NCBI GenBank assembly: GCA_046290465.1
Contig: JBKAGP010000001.1
Location: forward strand, 6,432,001-6,496,000
Source of the DNA: Planctomycetota bacterium
GTDB taxonomy: Bacteria; Planctomycetota; UBA1135; UBA2386
Direction of reading: 5' to 3'
Length of the DNA stretch: 64,000 bases
The notes below the pieces were generated by a model that was not told the DNA's origin, ran no database searches, and was given only the letters and a program-made list of their open reading frames with translations. Positions 8,371 through 17,613 of this stretch are shown piece after piece. The translations under genes and the position numbers were made by a program. Within the stretch, counting starts at the first letter, position 1; each line of letters starts with the position of its first letter.

Positions 8371-10200
8371 TCAGTAGATCGTCGTCGTGACGTTGCTCGA
8401 GACCAGCGGGAACAGCGTCGGTCCGGCGAGCGCCGCCTGCGAGAACAGCGTCGTGCCCTGCAGCAGCGCCGGCAGCGTCGGGTTGGTGACGACGGCGAGG
8501 TTTTGGATCGGGTCGACCAGCGTGTCGGCCAGCACGAACAGTTCGATCAGGTTGTTGCCGATCTGCAGGTCGACGAAGCCCGGCAGGACGCTCGGCTGGT
8601 TGGAGAAGCTGATGCAGACGAACGCCAGCAGCGCGTTGCCGCCCGCACCGCGGTGCACGATCCAGCGCTGCGCCTCGGTCGCGAGCCGGTCGGGTGCGGT
8701 CTGCAGCGTCGGCACCAGCGGTTCGACGACGTCGAGCGTCAGCGCGTTGCTGACCCGGTTGGGGTTGAGCAGCGCCAGCGGATACTGCGCCGGCGGCAGG
8801 CCCTGCGGGATCGACAGCTCGACGGTGTCGTGGTCGAGCACGCGCACGAAGCCGTCGAACCAGCGGCGGTCGTCGTCGCCGACGATGTTCTGGCCGATCG
8901 CCGCCTGCTGCACGAAGCCGAGGTCGTTGCCGGTGAACGTCAGCGTCGTGCCGGTGACGTTCTCGATCGTCTGGCCGTCGCCGGTCAGCACCTCGGGCGC
9001 CGGCAGGATGCAGCTGGTCGCGAGGTTGGCGCGCAGCTCGGCGTCGCCGGTCGGCTGCAGCGCCCCGACGTTGGGCTGCTGCGACACCGTGATCGCAAAT
9101 GAGCCCGACAGCCCGAAGAAGCCGTTGCCCTGGTCGGCGCCGAGGCCGACCTGCAGCGGGCCGGTCGCGGCCAGCTGCAGCGACGCGCCGTCGTTGGCGC
9201 CGAGTCCGGTCAGGATCGCCGACGCCTGCTGGTAGTAGCGCCAGCCGGCGGGATCGATCGGGCCACCCTGGGCGACGTAGGCGCCCGGCAGCAGCAGCGT
9301 GGTCGGCGCGCCCTGCGGCGGGTGGTTGGCGTCGCCCGGATCGACGCGCTGGTCGAACAGGAACTGCGCGCCGAAGCGGTCGGCGTAGTCCGACTGGCGC
9401 ACGAACGTGCCGGCCAGCGTCGCGGTGCCGGTGGCGTTCTCGACGAATGCGCCGGCCGGCAGGAACAGGTAGTCGTCGGCGATCCCCGGCAGCTGCAGCG
9501 CGATGCGATCGGTCTGGCCGCTGAGCGCGGCGTCGCCGTCGACGTGGGTCGCGCACAGTTCGATCTGCGGCTCGAAGTTGGCGCGCAGCTCGGCCGGGCC
9601 GGTCGGCGCGAACGCCGCGCTGCTCGGCGGCTGCACGACGGTCAGGTCGAGGTCGGCGGCGAAGCCGTGCAGCACGTTCTTGTTGCTGGCACCGATGCCG
9701 ACCTGGGCGACGCCGCTGGTGACGACGTCGACGCGCAGCCCGGCGAACGCGCGCAGGCCGGTCATCGTGCCGCTGACCTGCGTGAAGTACGTCCACGTGC
9801 TCGGATCGACCGGACCGATCGGCGCGTAGGCCGACGGGTCGAGCGTCGCGATCGGGCTGCCGGCCGGCGGATGGTTGGCTGCGCCGGGCGCGACCTCGCC
9901 ATCGAACGTCAGTTCGACGAACAGGTCGCGGTCGACGGCGCCGAGCCGCTGGGCGTAGCCGGACCAGTGGGCCGTGCCGTTGCCCGACGCGCGCCACTGG
10001 CCGTCGGCGAACAGCACGAAGTCGTCGTCGACGCCGGGGATCGCGAGCAGGAAGCCGCCGGTCTCGGTGGCGGCGGCGTCGGCCTCCGCTGGCACGGTGG
10101 CGGCACGGGTCGGGACCTGGGCGAGGGCTTCGGGTGAGGACAGGCAGGCGGCCGCGGCGACGACGAAGGCGGCGCGGGCAGGGGCGAGGCGCGGGTTCAT
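8371..10200 (-). CDS. Secreted protein, tandem paralog B of 6440..8257
   Basis: Start MNPRLAPA, signal peptide ending ALA-Q; same architecture, with shared strings such as FADGQW, TGLRAFAGLR, FTGNDLGFV, WFDGFVRV. Confidence 0.78.
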   Translation of the reverse strand: MNPRLAPARAAFVVAAAACLSSPEALAQVPTRAATVPAEADAAATETGGFLLAIPGVDDDFVLFADGQWRASGNGTAHWSGYAQRLGAVDRDLFVELTFDGEVAPGAANHPPAGSPIATLDPSAYAPIGPVDPSTWTYFTQVSGTMTGLRAFAGLRVDVVTSGVAQVGIGASNKNVLHGFAADLDLTVVQPPSSAAFAPTGPAELRANFEPQIELCATHVDGDAALSGQTDRIALQLPGIADDYLFLPAGAFVENATGTATLAGTFVRQSDYADRFGAQFLFDQRVDPGDANHPPQGAPTTLLLPGAYVAQGGPIDPAGWRYYQQASAILTGLGANDGASLQLAATGPLQVGLGADQGNGFFGLSGSFAITVSQQPNVGALQPTGDAELRANLATSCILPAPEVLTGDGQTIENVTGTTLTFTGNDLGFVQQAAIGQNIVGDDDRRWFDGFVRVLDHDTVELSIPQGLPPAQYPLALLNPNRVSNALTLDVVEPLVPTLQTAPDRLATEAQRWIVHRGAGGNALLAFVCISFSNQPSVLPGFVDLQIGNNLIELFVLADTLVDPIQNLAVVTNPTLPALLQGTTLFSQAALAGPTLFPLVSSNVTTTIY

Positions 10201-10332
10201 TGCCGCACAGGATAGCCAAAACGCCCATGCCATCGGGCCGAGGATCGGCGGCCTGGCGGGCTCGGTTTCGGCTCGCGCGCAGTTGGCGTTTGGCTCCACC
10301 GCGCGCGCCGCATACGGTTCGCGAGGTCTGCC

Positions 10333-11889
10333 ATGTCCCGCGGTTCCGCTTCCCACTCCATCGTCGTGCCGCCGTTCGGTCGTCGCCATTGGCTGTGGAT
10401 CGGGATCGCGCTGCTAGTCGGCGCGGCGCTGCGGCTGTGGGGACTCGGCGAGTGGTCGTTCTGGGTCGACGAAGGCCACACCTGGCGCGACGCGACCATG
10501 CCGCTGACCGGCGAGCGCGGCTTCCTGTCGACGGACCGGGTCCGCTACGGCATCCCGTTCCTGCTGCTGCGGCTGCTGCTCGGCCTCGGGGTCACCGGCT
10601 ATGACGAGGCGTCGGTGCGGCTGCCGTTCGCGCTGGTCGGCATCGCGACGGTGCCGGCGATGGCGATCTGCGGCCGGCGGCTGGTAGGCGCCTGGCCGGC
10701 GGTGGTGTCGGCGATGCTGCTGGCGCTCAACCCGTGGCACGTCTACTGGAGCCAGAACGCGCGCGGCTACGGCCTGGCGCTGCTGCTGTGCCTGCTGGCG
10801 CTGCACCGCGCGCACCTGTGGCACGGAACGCGCAGCCTGCGCGACCTGCTGCTGACGCTGCTGCTGGTCGCGCTGTCGGCGGCGAGCCACCCGACCATGG
10901 GCATGCTGGCGGCGGCGTTCGCTGGCTACCTGTTCGTGCGGCGCGGCTTCCGATCGATGCTCGGGGCGCGGGTCACGTCCGCGGTCGCCGCGCTGGTGGC
11001 GCTGGTCGTGCTGCCGGTCCTGATCCGGGTGCTGCACGGCTACGACCTGCTGCCGTTCGGCGGCTTCATGAACGCCAAGGCCGACCCGTCGCTGCGCCAC
11101 TTCGTCGAGACCAGCCTCTACTACTTCCGTCCGGCGACGCTGCTGGCCGGCCTGCTCGGCATGCTGGTCGCGCCGCGCGTGCTCGGCCGCGACCGCGCGC
11201 TGTTCCTGATCTGCATGGTGCTGGTGCCGATGCTGGTGCTGACCGGGGTCAGCGCCAGCCTCGTCAAGGTCACCGCGCGCTACGGCATCTGCGCGCTGCC
11301 GGTGTTGACCTGGCTGGTGGCGCTGCTGCTGGTCGTGGTGGCGCGGCGCGTGCGCGCGACGTCGCTGCCGCTGGCGCTGCTGCTGCCGGGGCTGCTGGCG
11401 GCCGACTCGCTGCGCCTCGACGTCGCCTACTACACCTCGCAGCACGGCCAGCGGGCGCGCTGGCGCGAGGCGGCGCAGTTCGTGCGCGCCGAGGCGGCGC
11501 GCCGCGGCCTGGCCGGTGTCTACGCGGTCTCGACCAACGAACCGGCGATGCTGTACTACCTGCGCCGCAAGCACTGGTTCTTGATGGCGAACGACCCGCA
11601 CCCCGGCTACGCGGTGCAGGTGCTGCTGCGCGAGACGATCGAGGGCGGCCTCGACCGCGACAGCAACCGGCTGCACCCTCCGGGCGTCGAGGCGCACGTG
11701 CAGTGGCTGCGCGACCAGTGCGGCGGCGGCCGGCTGCTGGCGGTGATGGTCACGCTGCCCGAACTGCGCGAACAGGATCCTGCTGGCGCCTTCGAGGCGC
11801 TGCTGCACCAGGAGTTCGAACTCGCCCTGCACCTGCCGTGCTGGGTCGGTCCGAAGGACCAGAGCGTCTACGTTTATCTGCCGAAGTGA
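10333..11889 (+). CDS. Glycosyltransferase family 39 / PMT-like (GT-C fold) membrane protein
   Basis: LRLWGLGEWSFWVDEG, SVRLPFALVG and ALNPWHVYWSQNARGY motifs; many TM helices. Confidence 0.82.
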   Translation: MSRGSASHSIVVPPFGRRHWLWIGIALLVGAALRLWGLGEWSFWVDEGHTWRDATMPLTGERGFLSTDRVRYGIPFLLLRLLLGLGVTGYDEASVRLPFALVGIATVPAMAICGRRLVGAWPAVVSAMLLALNPWHVYWSQNARGYGLALLLCLLALHRAHLWHGTRSLRDLLLTLLLVALSAASHPTMGMLAAAFAGYLFVRRGFRSMLGARVTSAVAALVALVVLPVLIRVLHGYDLLPFGGFMNAKADPSLRHFVETSLYYFRPATLLAGLLGMLVAPRVLGRDRALFLICMVLVPMLVLTGVSASLVKVTARYGICALPVLTWLVALLLVVVARRVRATSLPLALLLPGLLAADSLRLDVAYYTSQHGQRARWREAAQFVRAEAARRGLAGVYAVSTNEPAMLYYLRRKHWFLMANDPHPGYAVQVLLRETIEGGLDRDSNRLHPPGVEAHVQWLRDQCGGGRLLAVMVTLPELREQDPAGAFEALLHQEFELALHLPCWVGPKDQSVYVYLPK

Positions 11890-11897
11890 GAAGTGCG

Positions 11898-13565
11898 ATG
11901 TCGTCGAAGGGTCGAGCCAGCTTGCTGCTGTGGTTGTTCTCGTTGGTGCTGCTGCCGTCGTGCGCGTCGGCGCCCGCCGGCACCCGCGAACGGCGCGCCG
12001 ACGTCTGCGTCTACGGCGCCACCTCTGCCGGCATCATCGCGGCGCTCCGCGCCACCCGGCTCGGCCTCGAGGTCGTGCTGCTCGACGCCGACGGCTGGGT
12101 CGGCGGCCTGACCACGTCGGGCCTCGGCGCGACCGATGTCGGCAACCAGGACGCGATCGGCGGGCTTTCGCGTTCGTTCTACCAGCGGCTGCGGGACCAC
12201 TACGATCGGCCCGAGGCCTGGACCTGGCAGACGCGCGAGCAGTTCGGCGGCCGCGGCCATCGCCCCGGTGAGGATGCGGCGTGGACGTTCGAACCGAGCG
12301 TCGCGCAGGCGACGTTCGCCGCGATGCTGGCCGAGCACGGCGTCGTGCCGGTGCGCACCCGTCTGCGGCGCGACGGCCACGGGGTCGACAAGCGCGGGAC
12401 CCGCGTCGAGGCGATCCACTGCGAGGACGGCACCACGGTGCGCGCGCGCGTATTCCTCGACTGCAGCTACGAGGGCGACCTGTTCGCCGCAGCCGGCTGC
12501 GCCTGGTTCGTCGGCCGCGAGGCCGGCGACGTCTACGGCGAGACGCTCAACGGCGTGCAGATCGAGCGCGCCGTCAAGCACCAGTTCGACCGGCCGGTCG
12601 ACCCGTTCGTGGTGCCGGGCGACCAGGGCAGCGGCCTGCTCGCGCACGTGCACGCCGGCGACCCCGGTGAGCAGGGCGACGGCGACCGCAGGGTGCAGGC
12701 CTACTGCCTGCGCATGTGCGCCACCGACCACCCGGACAACCGCGTGCCGTGGCCCAAGCCCGCCGACTACGACGAACGCGAGTACGAACTGCTGCTGCGC
12801 TACTTCGAGGCCGGCAGCACGCACCGGCCGTGGCATCCGGTGCGCATGCCCAACCGCAAGACCGACAGCAACAACAACGGCGCGTTCTCGACCGACTACC
12901 TCGGCGGCAGCGACCGCTGGCCCGAGGCCAGCTACGCCGAACGGGAGGCGATCTACCGAGAGCACCTGCGCTACCAGCAGGGCCTGATGTGGACGCTCGC
13001 CAACCACGAGCGGGTGCCGGCGGACGTGCGCGCGCACTTCGCGTCGTACGGCCTCGCCCGCGACGAGTTCGTCGAGCACGGGCACTGGCCGCCGATGCTC
13101 TACATCCGCGAGGGCCGTCGCCTGCTCGGCGAAGCGGTCGTGCTCGAACAGCACTGCATGGGCCAGCTGGTGTTCTCCGACCCGGTCGGCATGGGCGCCT
13201 ACGCGATGGACAGCCACAACACGCAGCGCTACGTCGCCGCCGACGGCAGCGCCCGCAACGAGGGCGACGTGCAGGTGCGGGTGCCGCAGCCGTACGGCAT
13301 CTCCTACCGGGCGCTGACGCCGCGCTACCGGGACGCCGACAACCTGCTGGTGCCGGTCGGGCTGAGCGCGTCGCACATCGCGTTTGGTTCGGTGCGCATG
13401 GAGCCGGTGTTCATGCTGCTGGCCGACTCGGCCGCGTTCGCCGCGGCGCTCGCGATCGAGCGCGACTGCGCGGTGCAGGACGTGCCGTATCCGGAGCTGC
13501 GCGAGCGGTTGCTGGCGGCGGGCCAGGTGCTGTCGTGGCCGGCTTCCGGGGGCGAAGCGCGCTGA
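11898..13565 (+). CDS. FAD-dependent oxidoreductase (FAD_oxidored family), probable lipoprotein
   Basis: Lipobox LPSC; DVCVYGATSAGIIAA; GGLTTSGLG; FLDCSYEGDL; LYIREGRR; SASHIAFGSVRMEPVFM. Confidence 0.88.
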   Translation: MSSKGRASLLLWLFSLVLLPSCASAPAGTRERRADVCVYGATSAGIIAALRATRLGLEVVLLDADGWVGGLTTSGLGATDVGNQDAIGGLSRSFYQRLRDHYDRPEAWTWQTREQFGGRGHRPGEDAAWTFEPSVAQATFAAMLAEHGVVPVRTRLRRDGHGVDKRGTRVEAIHCEDGTTVRARVFLDCSYEGDLFAAAGCAWFVGREAGDVYGETLNGVQIERAVKHQFDRPVDPFVVPGDQGSGLLAHVHAGDPGEQGDGDRRVQAYCLRMCATDHPDNRVPWPKPADYDEREYELLLRYFEAGSTHRPWHPVRMPNRKTDSNNNGAFSTDYLGGSDRWPEASYAEREAIYREHLRYQQGLMWTLANHERVPADVRAHFASYGLARDEFVEHGHWPPMLYIREGRRLLGEAVVLEQHCMGQLVFSDPVGMGAYAMDSHNTQRYVAADGSARNEGDVQVRVPQPYGISYRALTPRYRDADNLLVPVGLSASHIAFGSVRMEPVFMLLADSAAFAAALAIERDCAVQDVPYPELRERLLAAGQVLSWPASGGEAR

Positions 13566-13650
13566 CCCGGAGCTCGGGGGATTTCCCCGATGGCATGGCC
13601 GCCGCGCGCATTTGCTTGCAGCGTGTTCGCGGGAGGTCGATCATGCCTCG

Positions 13651-14877
13651 ATGCGCGCTCATCCGCTGGCGATCCTCCCGCTGCTGACCCTGCTGTCGCT
13701 GCCTGCGTGCAGCCAGGAACCCCGATCGAAGCAGGAGCCCTCGAAGCAGGAGCCCACGAAGCAGGAACCATCCGATGGCCAGACCACCGTGCCGAGCGAC
13801 TTCGCGCGGTTCGTCAAGGTCGGCGACGGCGGCCACTTCGACACCGCCATCACGACCTACGAGAAGGACGGCGTCGAGGTGCTGTTCTACGGCGCCGTGC
13901 ACATCGCCGACAAGGCGTGCTACACGGAGCTCAACAAGCGCTTTGGGACCTGTGACGTGCTGCTCTACGAACTGGTCGGCCCCGAGGACTACCGGCCGAC
14001 CAAGGACCGCGAGGAGCAGGGCTTCAACCCGATCGGCATGCTGCAGCAGGGCCTGAAGAACGGCCTGCAGCTCAGCTTCCAGCTCGACGAGATCGACTAC
14101 CAGGCGAAGAACTTCGTGCACGCCGACATGACGCCGCAGGAGTTCCAGTCGAGCATGGCCGAGCGCGGTGAGAGCCTGCTGTCGATCATGTTCGACATGA
14201 TGGTCAACGGCGCCGAGATGCAGCGCGAACAGGCCGAGAAGGGCGCGATGCCGGCCGACGTCGACCTGGTCAAGGCGTTCCGGACCGGTGAGGGCCGGCA
14301 CATGATGCGCGTGACGTTCGCCCAGCAGCTGGAGGCGATGGAGCTGATGGCGGCCGGCGGCGAGGGCTCGACGCTGCTCGAGGGGCGCAACGAGAAGTGC
14401 CTGAAGGTGCTGCGGCGCGAACTGGGCAACGGCCACCGGAAGATCGGCATCTACTACGGCGCCGCACACCTGCCGCACATGGAGATGCGGCTGGTCGAGG
14501 ACATGGGCTTCAAGAAGGTCCGGCACGAGTGGCTGCAGGCGTGGGACTGCACCCGCCGCGCCGACGCCGAGGTCGCGATCGACGAGGTCGCCAACCGCCG
14601 CACCTGCAAGATCCAGCTGCTGAAGCTGGCCAAGGTCGGCAAGCACTGGCGCAAGCAGCGCGGCGACGACGCGGCGCCGCCGACCGATCCGCGCGCGGTC
14701 GCCGAGCTGATGGACGGCGGCAAGAAGGTCTACGAAGGACCGTTCGCCGATCCGTGGGGCACCGCCTACCGGATCGAGAACCGCGAGGGCAAGCAGCGCT
14801 GGGTCGCGCGCAGCGCCGGGCCGGACAAGAAGTTCGGCACCAAGGACGACCTGCGCATGAACGAGCCGAGCTGGTAG
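13651..14877 (+). CDS. Lipoprotein with TraB/GumN-like core and GspG-like C-terminal domain
   Basis: Lipobox LPAC; GAVHIAD..Y, VLLYELV, RNEKCL and IYYGAAHL motifs; C-terminal DPWGTAY...RSAGPDKKFGTKDDL as in GspG pseudopilin C-termini. Confidence 0.6.
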   Translation: MRAHPLAILPLLTLLSLPACSQEPRSKQEPSKQEPTKQEPSDGQTTVPSDFARFVKVGDGGHFDTAITTYEKDGVEVLFYGAVHIADKACYTELNKRFGTCDVLLYELVGPEDYRPTKDREEQGFNPIGMLQQGLKNGLQLSFQLDEIDYQAKNFVHADMTPQEFQSSMAERGESLLSIMFDMMVNGAEMQREQAEKGAMPADVDLVKAFRTGEGRHMMRVTFAQQLEAMELMAAGGEGSTLLEGRNEKCLKVLRRELGNGHRKIGIYYGAAHLPHMEMRLVEDMGFKKVRHEWLQAWDCTRRADAEVAIDEVANRRTCKIQLLKLAKVGKHWRKQRGDDAAPPTDPRAVAELMDGGKKVYEGPFADPWGTAYRIENREGKQRWVARSAGPDKKFGTKDDLRMNEPSW

Positions 14878-15010
14878 TGGGCCTTCGCTGCGGCAGGGCG
14901 GAGCACCTGTCCGGTCCGGGCGTCGCGCGCTAGCATCGTCGCTCTGGGACCGCGTCCGCCCAGCCGGTGGCTCGTCGCCATCGGTCCGGTCGCGCCAGGA
15001 GGAGATCCCC

Positions 15011-15991
15011 ATGCGCGCGCGCTGCAACCTGGTCTGGGCCGGCATCACGCTGGCCGTTTCGCTGCTGTCCGTCGACGCTTCGGCGCAGCAGTTCGTCAAC
15101 GGCGACTTCGAACAGAACACGTTCGCCGGCTGCTCGTACAACGAGACCAACGTGACGTTCTCGGCGGGCATGGTCGGCGCGGACGGCTACGGCACCGGCG
15201 GGGTGACCTCGATGCTCGGCGAGATCGACGTGATGGACGGCAGCTGCACGCAGTACGGGCCGGTCGGCCCGATCGGCACGACGCGAATCGGCCTGGCCGC
15301 CAATAGCGTGACCCAGGGGTTCGACGCGCTGACGCTCGAACTGACCGGGCCTTTGGTCGTCGGGACGTCGTACACGGTGTCGTTCTGGGGGCACTCGGTG
15401 CTCAGCAGCTTCTCCAGCGGCGCGGGCCAGATCCGCATCGGCACGTCGTCGCAGTCGGGCGTCGTCGGCAATGCGGTCGGCGTCGGTGCGCTGATGGACA
15501 CGAGCACCTACGGCCTGTGCTCGGTGACGTTCACCGCTACGGCGCCCGACACCTACATCTCGGTCGAGCCGGTGATGCAGACCTACCGGACCTGGAACTG
15601 GGTCGACGGCTTCGAGATCCATCCGGCGCAGACCGCGTGGTGTTCGGCCGCCAACGGCAACGGCGTCAACCCGTCGATCTGCACCTGCCTGGTGCCGCCG
15701 GTGCTCGGCACCGCGTGGGTGCTCGACGTCGCGCCCGGCCCGAACACGCTGTTCACGGTGATGTACGTCTCGCTCGAGCACGCCTCGCCGCTGTCGCTGC
15801 CGTTCGGCGAACTGCTGATCGACCCGCCGGTGGCCTCGGTCCCGGGCAACCTGACCCACGTCGCGCCGTTGCCGGCTTCGACCGTGCTGCTCGGCGAACC
15901 GCTGTGGGCGCAGGGGCTGCTGGTGGAGAACCTGCCGAGCGGCCTCGACCTGGTGCTGAGCAACGCCCAGGTCGGCGTGATCGGCTACTGA
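15011..15991 (+). CDS. Secreted beta-rich protein (carbohydrate-binding-like N-domain) with shared C-terminal domain
   Basis: GGAG RBS; signal peptide ending ASA-QQ; FVNGDFE start typical of CBM-like jelly-roll domains. Confidence 0.65.
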   Translation: MRARCNLVWAGITLAVSLLSVDASAQQFVNGDFEQNTFAGCSYNETNVTFSAGMVGADGYGTGGVTSMLGEIDVMDGSCTQYGPVGPIGTTRIGLAANSVTQGFDALTLELTGPLVVGTSYTVSFWGHSVLSSFSSGAGQIRIGTSSQSGVVGNAVGVGALMDTSTYGLCSVTFTATAPDTYISVEPVMQTYRTWNWVDGFEIHPAQTAWCSAANGNGVNPSICTCLVPPVLGTAWVLDVAPGPNTLFTVMYVSLEHASPLSLPFGELLIDPPVASVPGNLTHVAPLPASTVLLGEPLWAQGLLVENLPSGLDLVLSNAQVGVIGY

Positions 15992-16070
15992 TCGACGCGG
16001 CCGGTCGTCTCGCAACTACCAGCCGTTCTGCCGCCACCAGTCGACCTGTTGCCAAGCAGTCGACCTGGCG

Positions 16071-17573
16071 CTACCAGTCGTCCTGCCGGCCGAGCTCCTC
16101 GACCGCGCCGCTGGCGTCGGCGGTCTGCCAGACGGTCCAATAGGCCAGCCGCGTGATCGCCTCCATCGCGGCGTAGTCGAGCTTGTCGGCCTCGTCGCTG
16201 ACCTGGTGGTAGTCCGGGTGCTCGCCGTCGCAGAAGAACACCACCGGGATGCCCTTCCTGGCGAAGTTGTAGTGGTCGCTGCGGCGGTAGTAGGTGTCGC
16301 CGCTCGTGAACGCGATGTCGAACCTCGCGCCGAGCTGCACGGCGTCCCGCACGATCGTCGAGTACTTCTCGTGCCGGTTGCTCGGCGTGATCTGCATGCG
16401 GATCGTGTCACCGTCGCGGCCGGCGCGTCCGATCATGTCGATGTTGACGTTGGCGGTGATGCGGTCCTTCGGCCAGGTCGGGTGCTCGGCGTACCAGGCC
16501 GAGCCCCACAGCCCGAGTTCTTCTCCGCTGACCGACAGGAACACGATCGAACGCGCCGGCCGCTGCTCGGCGGTGGCGAACGCCTCGGCCAGTTCGAGCA
16601 GGCCGGCAGTGCCCGACGCGTTGTCGTCGGCGCCGTTGAAGCGGTCGCCGTCGAGGCGCGTGCCGACGTGGTCGTGATGTGCCGAGATCACGATCGCCTG
16701 CGCCTTCTTGCTGGTGCCCTCGAGCACCGCACAGACGTTGCTGCCGGTGGCCTTCTTCTCGCTCTGCACCTGGATCTTCAGCCGGCCGCCGGCCTTCTCG
16801 TCCTGCATGTGCGCGAGCAGCTGTTCGCTCGGTTGGCGCGCCAGCACGAACAGCGGCACCTGCACCGGTGGCCTGGCCTGCCGGTCGAAGCTCATCACGC
16901 CGTGGTCGGGCAGCAGCGCGCGGTAGTTGAGGGTGTTGGCGAGCGACGACGCGTCGTCCATCAGGCAGACGACGGCGGCCTTGACGCCCTTGTCGGCGAG
17001 CTTCTTCGACAGCTGCACGTAGCGCTGCACTGCCTGCAGGTCGCCGCCGACGCCGCCGCGGGTCGCACCGCTGTCGAACACGACCACCGGGATGCGCCCC
17101 TTCAGGCCGCCGGGCAGCGACGCGCCGTTGCCGCAGTGCACGAAGCGGCCCTTGATGCTGACCTTGTCCTTGTCGCTGCTGTGCAGCACGGCGAAGCCCT
17201 GCTCGTGCACCTTGGTCTTGCCGAACGCAAGCGCGGTCGCCCGGTGCAGCACCAGCCGTTCGATCGGGAACGCCTGCAGATACTTGCGCCGGTCGCCGAG
17301 CGGCTTCAGCCCCAGCTTCTCGAAGTGCGCGGCGACGTAGGCGGCGGTGTCGCGCTGGCCCTGGCTGGCGGTGTGGCGGCCGCCGCGCTCGTCGCTGGCC
17401 AGCCAGTAGGCGTGGTCGCGCAGGCCCTCGCGATCGATCGTGGCGATGCCCGGCGGCGCGCCGTCGGGGACCGGTGCCGGCGGGCCGAGGTCCTTGCGCT
17501 TGCCTCCGTTCTGTTGGCTCGTGGCGAGCGCGGCCAGCAGGGTCACGGCAACGGTCAGGTGGAGGCGACGCAT
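16071..17573 (-). CDS. M28 family aminopeptidase with PA-like insert
   Basis: SAHHDHVG, NGADDNASGTAGLLELA, SGEELGLWGS, NIDMIGR, RSDHYNF and DYHQVSD motifs. Confidence 0.9.
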   Translation of the reverse strand: MRRLHLTVAVTLLAALATSQQNGGKRKDLGPPAPVPDGAPPGIATIDREGLRDHAYWLASDERGGRHTASQGQRDTAAYVAAHFEKLGLKPLGDRRKYLQAFPIERLVLHRATALAFGKTKVHEQGFAVLHSSDKDKVSIKGRFVHCGNGASLPGGLKGRIPVVVFDSGATRGGVGGDLQAVQRYVQLSKKLADKGVKAAVVCLMDDASSLANTLNYRALLPDHGVMSFDRQARPPVQVPLFVLARQPSEQLLAHMQDEKAGGRLKIQVQSEKKATGSNVCAVLEGTSKKAQAIVISAHHDHVGTRLDGDRFNGADDNASGTAGLLELAEAFATAEQRPARSIVFLSVSGEELGLWGSAWYAEHPTWPKDRITANVNIDMIGRAGRDGDTIRMQITPSNRHEKYSTIVRDAVQLGARFDIAFTSGDTYYRRSDHYNFARKGIPVVFFCDGEHPDYHQVSDEADKLDYAAMEAITRLAYWTVWQTADASGAVEELGRQDDW

Positions 17574-17613
17574 CGCAGGATCGTAGCGCTCCTCGCCGGC
17601 ACCGGCAGCTGGA

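Noticed and set aside
6440..10228. Single 1262-aa protein as given in the ORF track
   Set aside because: Its N-terminal half is an off-frame overlap of gene 8371..10200. The real gene starts near 8257 with its own signal peptide.
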